64,000 nt of DNA from Candidatus Dojkabacteria bacterium. Lineage in GTDB: Bacteria; Patescibacteriota; Dojkabacteria; SC72. A program made the translations under genes and the position numbers. Where the stretch lies: assembly GCA_016182915.1 (NCBI GenBank), contig JACPFP010000002.1:27188-91187 (forward strand), given 5' to 3'. The notes under the pieces were generated by a model. That model worked only from the letters and a program-made list of their open reading frames with translations, had not been told where the DNA came from and did not search any database. Below, in pieces: positions 38,932 to 51,257 of the stretch. Numbering within the stretch: position 1 is the stretch's first letter; every line of letters starts with the position of its first letter.

Positions 38932-39735
38932 ATGGAAAAGATCTTAATCATTGATGGGCATAATCTTCTATACCGATCATATTACGGGATCCCCTCATCC
39001 GCAAAACTTGCTAATGGGACTCAAGTAAATGCATACTACGGATTTTTGTCCATGTTGAGAAAAGTAGCAATGGAGTTAAATCCGACATCAATAATTACAG
39101 TTTTCGATTCGGAGAGTGGTACCGCAGCTAAACTCAACACCAACAACCAATACAAACAGAATAGGCCCACTTCTGAAAAAGCAATGTTTGATCAGCTATC
39201 AATTATCAAAGACGCTCTTCAATATCTAGATATAAGCTATATTGAGCATCCTGATTATGAGGCAGATGATGTAATTGGATCTATTGCAACAGGAGAATCT
39301 TTAAATAATGATATCTTCATACTTTCCCAGGATAAAGATTATTATCAGTTAATCTCAAGTAATATTAGTATTATACATGTTAATAAAGGTCAGATTGTAA
39401 CTATCACCAAAGATGTCTTTTTTGAAAAGTATGGGTTTGACTGTTCACGATATATAGAATTTATTGCCATCAAAGGAGATCCTTCCGATAATATACCTGG
39501 GATAAAAGGTATTGGGAGTAAAGCCGCTACCAAATTAATTATTAAAAACAAACATATCCTGGACGAATGTGATTTTGAGCTGTTTGTAAATAATATTGAG
39601 AGTGCAAAGTTAAACATAAAGTTTCTAAGTATAAATAAAGACCTCAACATTGGCTATAACCTTACAAAAGCGAACTCCAAAATATTAGAACTAAGTTCGA
39701 ATAATATTCTCAAAGAGCTAAAGCTTTATAGCTAG
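38932..39735 (+). CDS. Stand-alone 5'-3' exonuclease / flap endonuclease (PolA N-terminal-like)
   Basis: ILIIDGHNLLYRSYY, VFDS, YKQNR, YEADDVIGS, SQDKD, GDPSDNIPGIKGIGSKAA. Confidence 0.92.
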   Translation: MEKILIIDGHNLLYRSYYGIPSSAKLANGTQVNAYYGFLSMLRKVAMELNPTSIITVFDSESGTAAKLNTNNQYKQNRPTSEKAMFDQLSIIKDALQYLDISYIEHPDYEADDVIGSIATGESLNNDIFILSQDKDYYQLISSNISIIHVNKGQIVTITKDVFFEKYGFDCSRYIEFIAIKGDPSDNIPGIKGIGSKAATKLIIKNKHILDECDFELFVNNIESAKLNIKFLSINKDLNIGYNLTKANSKILELSSNNILKELKLYS

Positions 39736-39806
39736 GATAATATATTTAAGTTTCAAGTTGTTCAAAACAATTCACGAATAAGAATCCCTTGTGTTATAAT
39801 TCTTCA

Positions 39807-40226
39807 ATGCAAAAGATTGAGTGTGCTGGAGTGATATTTATAACTTCTGATAATAAGATATTACTTGAAGATAGACGAAAAATTAAGAAACATGGAGAGC
39901 ATTGGAGTTTCTTCGGAGGAAGTATAGAAAAAGGGGAGACACCAGAACAAGCTATGAAGAGAGAAATAAACGAGGAGATGGGCTATCGTATAGATAATTA
40001 TACGTTATTCAATAAATATACCTTTATTCCTGTTAATAAACCTGATTTAGAGCTAACGTACTATATGTACTTAGCTAAAGCTCCATTGATTAAAGATTTG
40101 AAAATACATAGTAGGGGAGGAATAAAGGGTTTTACATTAAGACAAGCGTTGAGATTAAGGATTACGGATAAGGATAAAGATATTCTAAGAGAGGTTAACT
40201 CATATCTGAATAAAGGGAAACTTTAG
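39807..40226 (+). CDS. NUDIX hydrolase
   Basis: Nudix box GGSIEKGETPEQAMKREINEEMG. Confidence 0.9.
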   Translation: MQKIECAGVIFITSDNKILLEDRRKIKKHGEHWSFFGGSIEKGETPEQAMKREINEEMGYRIDNYTLFNKYTFIPVNKPDLELTYYMYLAKAPLIKDLKIHSRGGIKGFTLRQALRLRITDKDKDILREVNSYLNKGKL

Positions 40227-40864
40227 TTAATACTCCTATCAAACAGTAATATAGTTCTATCATCTTCCTTATTTTCAGAGAAGATCGCGGTGTGTACCTG
40301 CAGTTTATCAAACCTCCCTTTAGTACCTACAACCAAATCTCGATAATTAGATAATATTTCATTCTGCTGTCTCACATCCTTGATTCTTGCAATTGTCACA
40401 TGCGGGACATAGTTATCTAGTACATATTCTGACCCATACTCTAAAACATTGGTTCTCACCTCCGAAGATAATTTTGATAGATACTTTTCATCCAAATACT
40501 TATCTCGCAGAAGGTTCTCTCTTAGTGGATTAAAGTACTTAAGTGAAAGCGTATGCAAATCAAGAATCTCTTTAGTCAACAGAAACTTTAGCATTAAAAG
40601 TCCATTCGAGTTGAAGAACATATCTATAATTTCTACCTCCACTCTTTTACAATATTTTAGATATTCTTCAGCCGCACCACTTATTAAAGCTTCGTTACTT
40701 GAAGGGATAGAGATCAAATACATAGGGAAATGAAGGTGATACTTCTTATCGTCTATATACCAATCAGAGTTATACCTATCCCTTATCTCCTGGGATGTTT
40801 TAAGTATTAAATCATAGACTGGACCTAAGAGATTGAATCCGATATTTATTAGCATTGTATTCAT
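40223..40864 (-). CDS. 2H phosphoesterase (2'-5' RNA ligase-like)
   Basis: HLHFPMY and YVPHVTIAR match the paired HxT/S motifs; the first is degenerate. Confidence 0.6.
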   Translation of the reverse strand: MNTMLINIGFNLLGPVYDLILKTSQEIRDRYNSDWYIDDKKYHLHFPMYLISIPSSNEALISGAAEEYLKYCKRVEVEIIDMFFNSNGLLMLKFLLTKEILDLHTLSLKYFNPLRENLLRDKYLDEKYLSKLSSEVRTNVLEYGSEYVLDNYVPHVTIARIKDVRQQNEILSNYRDLVVGTKGRFDKLQVHTAIFSENKEDDRTILLFDRSIN

Positions 40865-40955
40865 GATTGCCTTATTTTACACCAAAAATCTAAACACGTT
40901 TAGTATGGGAATTATATATCCCACGCTATAACTATCTTTTGTTATAATCTTCCAT

Positions 40956-41651
40956 ATGATTACATTTGAAACCATTACATTTTCAAAAGATAAAGATACA
41001 AAGATATCTGAGATTGAGTCACAACTCATTCCTATATATCTCTCAGTTTGGGATTGGAATTTCATACCAAAAACATATGAGGATAGGATACATTACACAA
41101 AGGAACTTATTAAAGCTGATAAAGCCTTAATTATAAAAGAGGATGGGAAATCAGTAGGATACATTGCATTCAAAACATACAAAGATGATAGTTTAGTCTA
41201 TCTATACGTAATTGAGATAGACGTACTAAAGGAATACAGAGGAAAAGGATATTCAAAAATACTTTTTGAAAAACTCTTAGAAACTGTTCAAATTGATATT
41301 CTTTACGGAGAAATTCAAAACCCTATCTCTACTAAATCAATTAACAGCGTAATGAGGAAGCATGGATACTACACATACTGGGTAGAGGAACCCGTTGATA
41401 CTAGCTATCCAACTAACAACCTTGTAAAGAGACTCTCCCGAAAAGTAGTTGAAATCTTTGACCCTGCAAACCTAGGTACATATAGAGACGGTATTAAAGA
41501 ATTTACAATGTACTCAGATGAACCTGAAGACAGATTAAATGTTGTACCAGAGTTAGAACATATCTTTAAGAAGGTAAAAGTTGCATCAGAAAAGTATTAC
41601 AAGTCTGCCTTTGGAGTATTAATTAGTGTGAAGAAAGAGATAATTAATTAG
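40956..41651 (+). CDS. GNAT family N-acetyltransferase
   Basis: Acetyl-CoA motif A IDVLKEYRGKGYSKIL. Confidence 0.75.
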   Translation: MITFETITFSKDKDTKISEIESQLIPIYLSVWDWNFIPKTYEDRIHYTKELIKADKALIIKEDGKSVGYIAFKTYKDDSLVYLYVIEIDVLKEYRGKGYSKILFEKLLETVQIDILYGEIQNPISTKSINSVMRKHGYYTYWVEEPVDTSYPTNNLVKRLSRKVVEIFDPANLGTYRDGIKEFTMYSDEPEDRLNVVPELEHIFKKVKVASEKYYKSAFGVLISVKKEIIN

Positions 41652-41740
41652 GCGCAGTTAAAGAAAAAGTGAATCCCATTTCACTAGTATTACATCTTTG
41701 ATATTGCTACCATTAACTATATAAATTCAAAACCCCCTAT

Positions 41741-42436
41741 ATGGACAATCTACACAATATTCAAATGCTAATCCTACGTGAACTTCTCTTCAGACCAAAT
41801 TCTAAATTCACCGAATTAAATATAAAGGGACTCTCTTCTGACCACTTCTCATACCACGTAAACACACTTATAGAGTTAGGATATGTTGAAAAAAAGAGTT
41901 TAAGATATACACTAAGCACAAAAGGAAAGGGATATGCAAACCAAATGGACACAGATGAAAGCCAGATAGAAAAACAACCCAAAATTGCAGTTATGATAGT
42001 TGGAATAAGGGAGAGTGGGGAAGGCCTAGAACTTCTTGTTCAGGAGAGAACAAAAGAGCCATACTACGGCTATAAGGGCTTTATAACAGGGAAGATACGG
42101 TATGGAGAAAAGGTTGAAGAAACTGCAAGAAGAGAGTTAAAAGAGGAGACCGGTCTAGATTGTTCAGAGTTCCATATTAAAAGAATAGTGCACAACTTAG
42201 TGAGGTTAGAAACCTCAGGAGAACTAGTTGAAGATAAGATGTTCTACATTGTAGTTGCTGTAAATCCAGTAGGGGAGATTGCAGATACTCGTAGCGGTAA
42301 AAATTCATGGATAACAGAGAAGCAATTCCACAGTATTAAAAAGAAATACTATGATGAGGAAAATATCTTTAAATATGCACTGCAGGAAACTGATATGGAT
42401 TTCGCAGAGGAGTCATTCATCGTAAAGGATTTCTAA
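41741..42436 (+). CDS. NUDIX hydrolase with N-terminal winged HTH
   Basis: SDHFSYHVNTLIELGYVEK..YTLS wHTH, plus GKIRYGEKVEETARRELKEETGL. Confidence 0.85.
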   Translation: MDNLHNIQMLILRELLFRPNSKFTELNIKGLSSDHFSYHVNTLIELGYVEKKSLRYTLSTKGKGYANQMDTDESQIEKQPKIAVMIVGIRESGEGLELLVQERTKEPYYGYKGFITGKIRYGEKVEETARRELKEETGLDCSEFHIKRIVHNLVRLETSGELVEDKMFYIVVAVNPVGEIADTRSGKNSWITEKQFHSIKKKYYDEENIFKYALQETDMDFAEESFIVKDF

Positions 42437-42480
42437 AATACTGTAGCGATCTAAAGACTCTTGGTAGTATAATTACCTCT

Positions 42481-42987
42481 ATGGATAAATACTACCTTGG
42501 TTCTGTTTCAGAAATTACTAAATACTGTGAAATGTACCTTCCCCTTGTCTTCTCCCAAACAAAAGAGATCTACAAAATCAACATCCTCGAGAGTAATTAT
42601 GAGGGGGATCATTTGGGAGTTCAGACCTCTTCAACAGACGAATATGAAGAGTACTTTAAACTTCTTTCCTCATATATGAATCATAAGTTCACAAATATCC
42701 TTCATGGGAGAAGGGTTGCTATGTTTTCCTTTATGGAAGAATTTAAAGTCCAAAATATAAAGTTTAATGGTATTGAGATATTTGAGCCCAAAAAAGATTC
42801 GGACACTCAGAAACTTAAACTTGGAATAGAACATCTAGCAATAGTAGTTAAGAATTTTGATGATTTTGCTAAAGAATTCCCTGAGAAATATATTGGAAAG
42901 ATTGCAGAGTATCCAGAAGGAAAATTTCTTAAAACAAAGTTTATGAATCTGGTAGAGATTGAATTTAGAGATAGAAGTTTAATATAA
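42481..42987 (+). CDS. VOC-fold (YecM-like) protein
   Basis: DHLGVQT, HGRRV, IEIFEPK, GIEHLA, EIEF. Confidence 0.65.
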   Translation: MDKYYLGSVSEITKYCEMYLPLVFSQTKEIYKINILESNYEGDHLGVQTSSTDEYEEYFKLLSSYMNHKFTNILHGRRVAMFSFMEEFKVQNIKFNGIEIFEPKKDSDTQKLKLGIEHLAIVVKNFDDFAKEFPEKYIGKIAEYPEGKFLKTKFMNLVEIEFRDRSLI

Positions 42988-43362
42988 CTAGAATATTGAA
43001 ACCTTTTCCTCTAAGTGGGTAATCCGAATCTGTTGAGCTTTAAGAGTCTCGTTAGTATCCCTATCACTTCTCTTTAATTCCTTATTACTCTCTTCCAATC
43101 TCATCTGACTCTCCTCAAACTTTTTTTGCCCTTGTTCTAAAGAGTGTAAAGTGATTGTAAGTTCACCCTCTATATATTTATTGATTCCTACAACAACATC
43201 TTGTACAACCAGAATTCTCCGATTATGGTTCTTTAAAGTTTCCTCAATTAAGTTAAACCTTTCGTCGATTTGTCTAAACTTAGCGTCAATCAGGTTAAAC
43301 CTATTACTTATAGGGTCAAAAAAGGTCACCTTTAATATTTGTATATCTCTTTTAGTCAGCAT
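42988..43362 (-). CDS. Coiled-coil hypothetical protein
   Basis: Heptad repeats RFNLIDAKFRQIDERFNLIE; ATG at 43362. Confidence 0.6.
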   Translation of the reverse strand: MLTKRDIQILKVTFFDPISNRFNLIDAKFRQIDERFNLIEETLKNHNRRILVVQDVVVGINKYIEGELTITLHSLEQGQKKFEESQMRLEESNKELKRSDRDTNETLKAQQIRITHLEEKVSIF

Positions 43363-43533
43363 ATTAGATTTATAATAATTTAGACATATACAATTGTAAA
43401 ACAAAGATGTGAAATAAATATGAACCAAGGAATTTTCAGGGGATTTTAAAGTAGAGGGTTTTCTAGTCACATACTACTTTGAATTAGTGCCAACATTCCG
43501 TATACTTAGACAACCATTTTAAACCTAACAAAT

Positions 43534-44091
43534 ATGAACGATGCAGCAAGCCTCATTAACTCAATTGTTTTTCTAAACAAGTTTAAACATGTACAAAGAC
43601 TTTCTTTAATCTCTAAAGAGGGAAGAAGAGAGACTGATGCTGAACATACCTGGCATTTAGTAATGACCATATGGATGCTCTCCGAAAAGTATGAAAAGAA
43701 AATTGATCTAAATAAAGCTATTAAAATGGCTCTCGTACACGATCTAGTTGAAATTATAGCTGGAGATGTATATGCACACTCAACCGAAGTATCAAAAGAA
43801 CAGAAGAGAATGAACGAGATAAATGCAATGAAAGAGATTGTGCCACAACTTCCGATAAGATTTGGCAAGGAAGTAAGAGAACTTTGGGAAGAGTATGAGG
43901 AAAGAAGTAGTGAAGAAGCCAAATTTGTTTGGCTAACAGATAAAATAATGCCAAGAATAATATACAAGCTGACAGAAGGTGACTCGACAGATGATATGGA
44001 ATCCGATACCACTCATGATCAGGAACAAATAAAGAAGATAAGAGGTATGAGCAAGCTATTTTCAGAATTATTGGATGAGATCTATAACTAA
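43534..44091 (+). CDS. HD-domain hydrolase (HD_3/YfbR-like)
   Basis: RETDAEHTW, ALVHDLVEIIAGD, LWEEYE, EAKFV..TDK. Confidence 0.9.
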   Translation: MNDAASLINSIVFLNKFKHVQRLSLISKEGRRETDAEHTWHLVMTIWMLSEKYEKKIDLNKAIKMALVHDLVEIIAGDVYAHSTEVSKEQKRMNEINAMKEIVPQLPIRFGKEVRELWEEYEERSSEEAKFVWLTDKIMPRIIYKLTEGDSTDDMESDTTHDQEQIKKIRGMSKLFSELLDEIYN

Positions 44092-44154
44092 CATTCCAAA
44101 GCTTTCAGTTAGTGCTATAGTGTACTTAACCTAAAATAATACCCTCAAAGCGAA

Positions 44155-44886
44155 ATGAAAAAGAAATCTAGTCTTGTAAAAAAGGTAACCTCAAATAGAT
44201 TGACCTCTGGAATAATAACTCTTGGGCTTCTACTCATTCTCTCCACCGTCACATACTATCTCACAAAGCCAGAGTTACAAACTGAGGTAGAAAATACCAA
44301 ACAAAAAAGCACTTTCAACTTAATGATAAATGACAAAGACTACTTTAAAATATCAACTGAAAAGTTTGACTACGAAGACACATTTAAGGAGGAAGAGAGA
44401 GGGTCAGGGTGGGTGAGATACTCAGATAATACTAAACTAGTAGGCTCGAGCTCCAACCTATTTACATACTTTGCAACCGAGCGGGCTATGACAGACTATT
44501 TAGCTGGGGAAACTGTAACCACACCACTTGAAGAGGTAAAAGATTTTAAAGGATACTATGTTAGGAAGAATGAAAATAATGGAGATTATGGTTCAGGGGT
44601 AATCTACGTATGGGAGCCAAAGGTAGCAGTACACAACTATCTAGCCAGCCATATCTATTACTACACAAATATTGATTATGATAAAGAAACAACCTCAGCA
44701 AACTTTAATATTAAGGACTCAAATGTATATTCCAAGAACTGTGTTTTAGATGTATCTCAGGTAGATACTGAGGTTTTCGGATATATAGTATTTTCTGGCT
44801 ATAGATCAGTTGGCTCCGAAACCGACTACTGTGAAAACCTGAGAGAGAATAGCCAGTTCAAAATAGAGTATGTAAAGGGACGGTAA
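44155..44886 (+). CDS. Hypothetical membrane-anchored protein
   Basis: Basic N-terminus, TM, then a Tyr-rich extracellular domain. Confidence 0.65.
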   Translation: MKKKSSLVKKVTSNRLTSGIITLGLLLILSTVTYYLTKPELQTEVENTKQKSTFNLMINDKDYFKISTEKFDYEDTFKEEERGSGWVRYSDNTKLVGSSSNLFTYFATERAMTDYLAGETVTTPLEEVKDFKGYYVRKNENNGDYGSGVIYVWEPKVAVHNYLASHIYYYTNIDYDKETTSANFNIKDSNVYSKNCVLDVSQVDTEVFGYIVFSGYRSVGSETDYCENLRENSQFKIEYVKGR

Positions 44887-44993
44887 GCCCTTAATTGTAA
44901 AACTTGTTTTCATACCCCCTAAATTGTAGAATGGAAGTGTAAAGTAAATATTTTAAATAGATAAGATATATAAATTAATTATCTAAATAAATT

Positions 44994-45464
44994 ATGCTAC
45001 TAAACAGTCCCTCCCTAACACACGATGGTGAGATACCATCCAAATATACCTGTGACGGAGACGACATACTCCCTCCATTTAAAATTTTCTATCCACCTCA
45101 TGACGCGTTAAGTCTAGTCTTTGTAGTGGAGGACCACGATGCCCCAGCCGGGATTTGGACCCACTTGATGGTATGGAACATCGATCCGAGTATTAAAGAG
45201 ATTGAAGAGGGAAAAGTACCAATGGGAGTAGTGGGAAAAAATTCAGGGATGACAGAAGGGTGGTATAGTATATGCCCACCAGAAGGGGAACACAGATACT
45301 TCTTCAAAATATTTGCTCTGGATACTAAATTAGATTTGGACCCAGAGACAGCAACAAGAGATGATCTACTTCTCGCAATGGAAGAGCACATCCTTGCAAA
45401 GGAGGAACTCATGGGAAGATATACAAAGGTGGAAAACAAAGTAACATTAGAACAACCGGTGTAA
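44994..45464 (+). CDS. YbhB/YbcL (PEBP / Raf kinase inhibitor-like) protein
   Basis: IPSKYTCDG, EDHDAP..WTHLMVWNI, CPPEGEHRYFFKIFALD. Confidence 0.92.
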   Translation: MLLNSPSLTHDGEIPSKYTCDGDDILPPFKIFYPPHDALSLVFVVEDHDAPAGIWTHLMVWNIDPSIKEIEEGKVPMGVVGKNSGMTEGWYSICPPEGEHRYFFKIFALDTKLDLDPETATRDDLLLAMEEHILAKEELMGRYTKVENKVTLEQPV

Positions 45465-45471
45465 AAAGGGA

Positions 45472-45900
45472 CTAAGCCGCTACAACATCTTTGATATCAT
45501 TAATACACATCCAGGCACATCCTGTTCCAAAACCGTTTTTGTAAATATGAAAAGGGACATTTACCGGCGTTGGGTCTTTTAAAAACATGAGAATACAGTA
45601 CCTCTTCTTTTGATAGAACTCTGTATACTCCCCATCAGCCATCCCTATTCCATCTCCATATTTCTCAACAATCTCTTCAAACATACCTTTATTTAGATTC
45701 TGGAATTGAAGGGCCTTTTCAACCGTTGCAAAAGCAGTAACTTTTTCTCCTGCATTTTTGAAATATATTATATCTCCCACAAACACCCGATCCCAGGGTG
45801 AAATCCTACTTCTATACCACCTTGATTCAATAGTTTTCTTTCTTTGAAGTATGAAATCAATATACCCTAATTTCTTCGTCATGATAGCAATATGCTGCAT
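45472..45900 (-). CDS. ASCH/PUA-like domain protein
   Basis: HIAIM...ILQRKKTIESR...GDIIYFK (GxKxxExR-like). Confidence 0.75.
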   Translation of the reverse strand: MQHIAIMTKKLGYIDFILQRKKTIESRWYRSRISPWDRVFVGDIIYFKNAGEKVTAFATVEKALQFQNLNKGMFEEIVEKYGDGIGMADGEYTEFYQKKRYCILMFLKDPTPVNVPFHIYKNGFGTGCAWMCINDIKDVVAA

Positions 45901-45974
45901 ACACAGATATTATAACGAAAGAAAGTAAAAGGGAAATGGGTATGCGAATTCCATTAAAACACCTCTATAGCACA

Positions 45975-47330
45975 TTATAAGATATTTAGGAGAAAGAGCA
46001 CCAAATAGAAAAGGGCGGCAAGACAGAGAAATCCTGTTATGACAAGAGGAGTACGATATCTTCCTTCCAACATCCTGGTGTTCAGTATCACAGTGAGGAT
46101 AGCAATTAAAGACATACTCACAGCATTTATAACCGCACCAGTAACAAGCAACCATACTGGACTTGTGAATCCAAGAAGAAGAAGGGTCGAACCTATCAAT
46201 AGTTGGATAATAATTGTATACACGTATATCAAACCGTTTGAATAACGATTAAAAATTGGATACCTTTTAAATACATTCACCGCAACTCTTCCTGTAATAT
46301 CATAGATACCAATCTGCACAGAGAGGAGGGAGAGGAAGCCAATCAAGAGGAATCCTTTTCCCATAATATCTCCCCAGAGGCTACCAATTGTCCTTGATTC
46401 CAACCGAAGAAAATCTAACGAGTTGGGCACCAAACTGGATCCATCAAGAAGCTTGGATGCAAGATATGAGAGGAGTACAATTGTAATAATCCCCAAAAGC
46501 CAGAAAAAGAAAATATTTTCAATAACCTGAAACCTCCTTAGCTTCCTAAAGTTACGAAGGCTCTCGTCATCAACCGCAGGAGTCACATCCTCGTGCTTTA
46601 TACTTATAGTACTCCATAGTGAAAGCGGGGGGAAGAACTTCGTCATACCATGTCTTTCCTCAATTGTATAAAAACTCTGACTCAAGATTAAGATTCCACC
46701 TGTACCTGCATATGCAATTGCCCCAAGAAAAATTGAAAAATCCAAATCTTTGGGGAAAAACCTATACCCATTACCACTTCCCCCCAATCCTCCCAGAACT
46801 CCACTCAAATCACCCAAATTAAAAAGGGAGACAGAGAGATACATTACTAGAATAAAGCTGAATATTACAATCGCGGACTGAATTGGTTCAATTTTGCTAT
46901 ATACATTCCTTCCTATTAAAAGAACCGAAGAGCATAACAGGAGTAGGAAGGTCGGAAGCAACTTGGAAACAGAAGAGAGTGTGGGAACGATATCGACTAG
47001 CAGTTCGGAAGCAGAAGCCGCAAAGCCTGGCCATCCAAAACCAAGGATGGAAGCAAAAAGTAGAATCATGGGAAGTATAGGGTTCAGTCTGTAAACCCCA
47101 CTTACAAAGTCCTCTCCTTTAACTGATGTATATCTCTGAATTTCAAGGATGAGAATTAGCTGTATTGTAATACCTAATAATGCCCCCCACAAAATTCCAT
47201 ACCCATATGTCACGGTGAGAAGAGGCCAGAGAATAAACTCCCCACTACCCAAGCCCATTCCCAGACTAACCAAACTAACCCCAAGTTCCTTGATTCCGAT
47301 TTTCCCTAATTTTGGAAAATTTCTAACCAT
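45975..47330 (-). CDS. Nramp-family-related transporter
   Basis: GLGSGEFILWP, YGYGILWGALLG, EIQRY; many TM segments. Confidence 0.75.
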   Translation of the reverse strand: MVRNFPKLGKIGIKELGVSLVSLGMGLGSGEFILWPLLTVTYGYGILWGALLGITIQLILILEIQRYTSVKGEDFVSGVYRLNPILPMILLFASILGFGWPGFAASASELLVDIVPTLSSVSKLLPTFLLLLCSSVLLIGRNVYSKIEPIQSAIVIFSFILVMYLSVSLFNLGDLSGVLGGLGGSGNGYRFFPKDLDFSIFLGAIAYAGTGGILILSQSFYTIEERHGMTKFFPPLSLWSTISIKHEDVTPAVDDESLRNFRKLRRFQVIENIFFFWLLGIITIVLLSYLASKLLDGSSLVPNSLDFLRLESRTIGSLWGDIMGKGFLLIGFLSLLSVQIGIYDITGRVAVNVFKRYPIFNRYSNGLIYVYTIIIQLLIGSTLLLLGFTSPVWLLVTGAVINAVSMSLIAILTVILNTRMLEGRYRTPLVITGFLCLAALFYLVLFLLNIL

Positions 47331-47423
47331 AACTTCATATTACATGAGATTTACCATAGATGTAAAAATTACTTAAAACTTAAGTTATGGTATATTCGGA
47401 TACGTAACCTTATATATAAATAT

Positions 47424-48521
47424 ATGGAATCACTATCACAATTTGCAAAAGAGGAGCTCGTTAATATACAAAAAGATCTTGATGTGAGGCTTCTTGAGTA
47501 TATGGAAAGTGAGGTCATGCCACAGGCGAAACAGTACCACCTTTCAACGGAAGTTGCGATGAATGCATATAAGGAAATTGTCGTAAGGGGCGGGAAAAGA
47601 CTTAGAGGAGCCTTTGTATTAAAAGGCTATGAACTGTTTAAAGGAAGGATAGATGAGGAGATATATAAAGCCGCCATGGCGATTGAGATGATGCATGCAT
47701 ATATACTCGTAATCGATGATTTCAATGATAGATCGGATATTAGAAGAAAAGGGCCAACAGCTCATAAAATGGTCGAAAAGTTTCATACCGATAATCAACT
47801 TAAAGGAGACTCCTTCCATTTTGGAATCTCGGAGGCCACAGTAGCCGCTACATTTGTTGGTCAACATGTAGCAAACAGCCTATTACTTTCAATAGATTTA
47901 CCAAAAGAAAGAGTAATAAGGGCCGTTCAGGGTTTTGATAAAGCGGTCAGAATTACCGGATTAGGCCAGATTAGAGATATATATAATCAAACAATAGACA
48001 ATGCTACAGAAATGGATGTCCTCAAGGTTCATGAGTATAAGACTTCTGTATATACATATCTAAACCCCCTCCAGCTTGGAGCAACCCTAGCAGGGGCTAG
48101 TGAACAGGATATTGAAAAACTTAAGGGATACTCAATCCCAGCCGGTATAGCATTTCAAATACAAGACGATATCCTAGGCATGTTTGGAGACCCGAAAGAG
48201 ACAGGGAAATCAAATAAAGACGACCTAATGGAAGGAAAGATAACTTTGTTGATAACAAAAGCCTTAGAAAATGTAACTAGCAAGGAGAGGGAAATTATAA
48301 TGAAAGGTCTAGGCAATAGATTCCTCACCGACCAACTTCACAAGCAAGTTCAAGAGATTATTGTAAAAACAGGTTCGTTGGAATACTCAAAAGAGCTCTC
48401 TTTTAAATTAGTCAAAGAAGCTAAAGAGAGTCTCTCAACCCAATTCAAAGAATATTCAGAAAACAATGGCTTCAAGTTTATTTTGGGAATTGCTGACTAC
48501 ATGATTGAAAGGAAGTTCTAA
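47424..48521 (+). CDS. Polyprenyl diphosphate synthase
   Basis: GGKRLR, DDFNDRSDIRR (FARM), GQIRD, YKTS, FQIQDDILG (SARM variant), DLMEGK. Confidence 0.92.
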   Translation: MESLSQFAKEELVNIQKDLDVRLLEYMESEVMPQAKQYHLSTEVAMNAYKEIVVRGGKRLRGAFVLKGYELFKGRIDEEIYKAAMAIEMMHAYILVIDDFNDRSDIRRKGPTAHKMVEKFHTDNQLKGDSFHFGISEATVAATFVGQHVANSLLLSIDLPKERVIRAVQGFDKAVRITGLGQIRDIYNQTIDNATEMDVLKVHEYKTSVYTYLNPLQLGATLAGASEQDIEKLKGYSIPAGIAFQIQDDILGMFGDPKETGKSNKDDLMEGKITLLITKALENVTSKEREIIMKGLGNRFLTDQLHKQVQEIIVKTGSLEYSKELSFKLVKEAKESLSTQFKEYSENNGFKFILGIADYMIERKF

Positions 48522-48550
48522 GCGGTTGCAATTTAATCCCACCATGATAA

Positions 48551-50506
<1,956 letters not shown>

Positions 50507-50522
50507 CTAAGAAGCTTTAGAT

Positions 50523-51158
50523 TTAAACGTTTGCGAAAAGATTCACAATTGCCTTATAGAACTGCTTCTTATTCAAGTACTGATCAATTATCAAAAAATC
50601 AATCCCGGCGTTACTTGCAAAATCAAAGTCTGTCTTTGAATCACCGAAGTACATATACTCGGTTTTTGGGATATCATACTTTTTAACAAGTTCTTCAATA
50701 CAGTATGGATCCGGTTTCTCGTGCCCCTCATCAGAACACGAGATTATATTATCAAAATACTTACTCAATTTCCCGTTATCTAAAATCTTCTTCAGAGAAC
50801 CATACTGTCTATTTGTACATATTGAAAGTATCTTCTCATTTGCCTTCAACTGTTTAAAGAAATCCTCTGCTCCTTCAAAACAGATAATCCCATCGGCTGC
50901 ATTCTTTTTGTGAAGCTCCTCATTTTCTGCAACCATCTTAATTGGATCGGCAGTTATGTTAAACTCTTTCAAGGCTTCCTCAAAGATTAGGTGCATTGCC
51001 TTTCCTCTGGTTATAAAGTGAAGGTTTCGAAGATAGCTCTCGTTCTGCTCTGTCATAGATTTCATATAGGGAAGGAATGTATCAACAAACATCTGTTGAT
51101 TAAAATCGTAGGAAGCACTAATTGTGTCGTCGAGGTCAAAAATAATGTGTCTTTTCAT
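50523..51158 (-). CDS. HAD-superfamily hydrolase
   Basis: FDLDDT, CTN, KPDP, GDSKTD. Confidence 0.9.
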   Translation of the reverse strand: MKRHIIFDLDDTISASYDFNQQMFVDTFLPYMKSMTEQNESYLRNLHFITRGKAMHLIFEEALKEFNITADPIKMVAENEELHKKNAADGIICFEGAEDFFKQLKANEKILSICTNRQYGSLKKILDNGKLSKYFDNIISCSDEGHEKPDPYCIEELVKKYDIPKTEYMYFGDSKTDFDFASNAGIDFLIIDQYLNKKQFYKAIVNLFANV

Positions 51159-51257
51159 TTATGTCCTTAATCTTGATAAAGAATAGTATTGCGTTAGAGA
51201 TTATACCCCAAACCCAACATAATTTAAATATTATCTATTTGGGAATATAATAAGTCA

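Noticed and set aside
34637-46000. Intact prophage or integrative element at tRNA-Val
   Set aside because: No integrase or phage structural genes, and I found no duplicated tRNA 3' end (attR) by eye.
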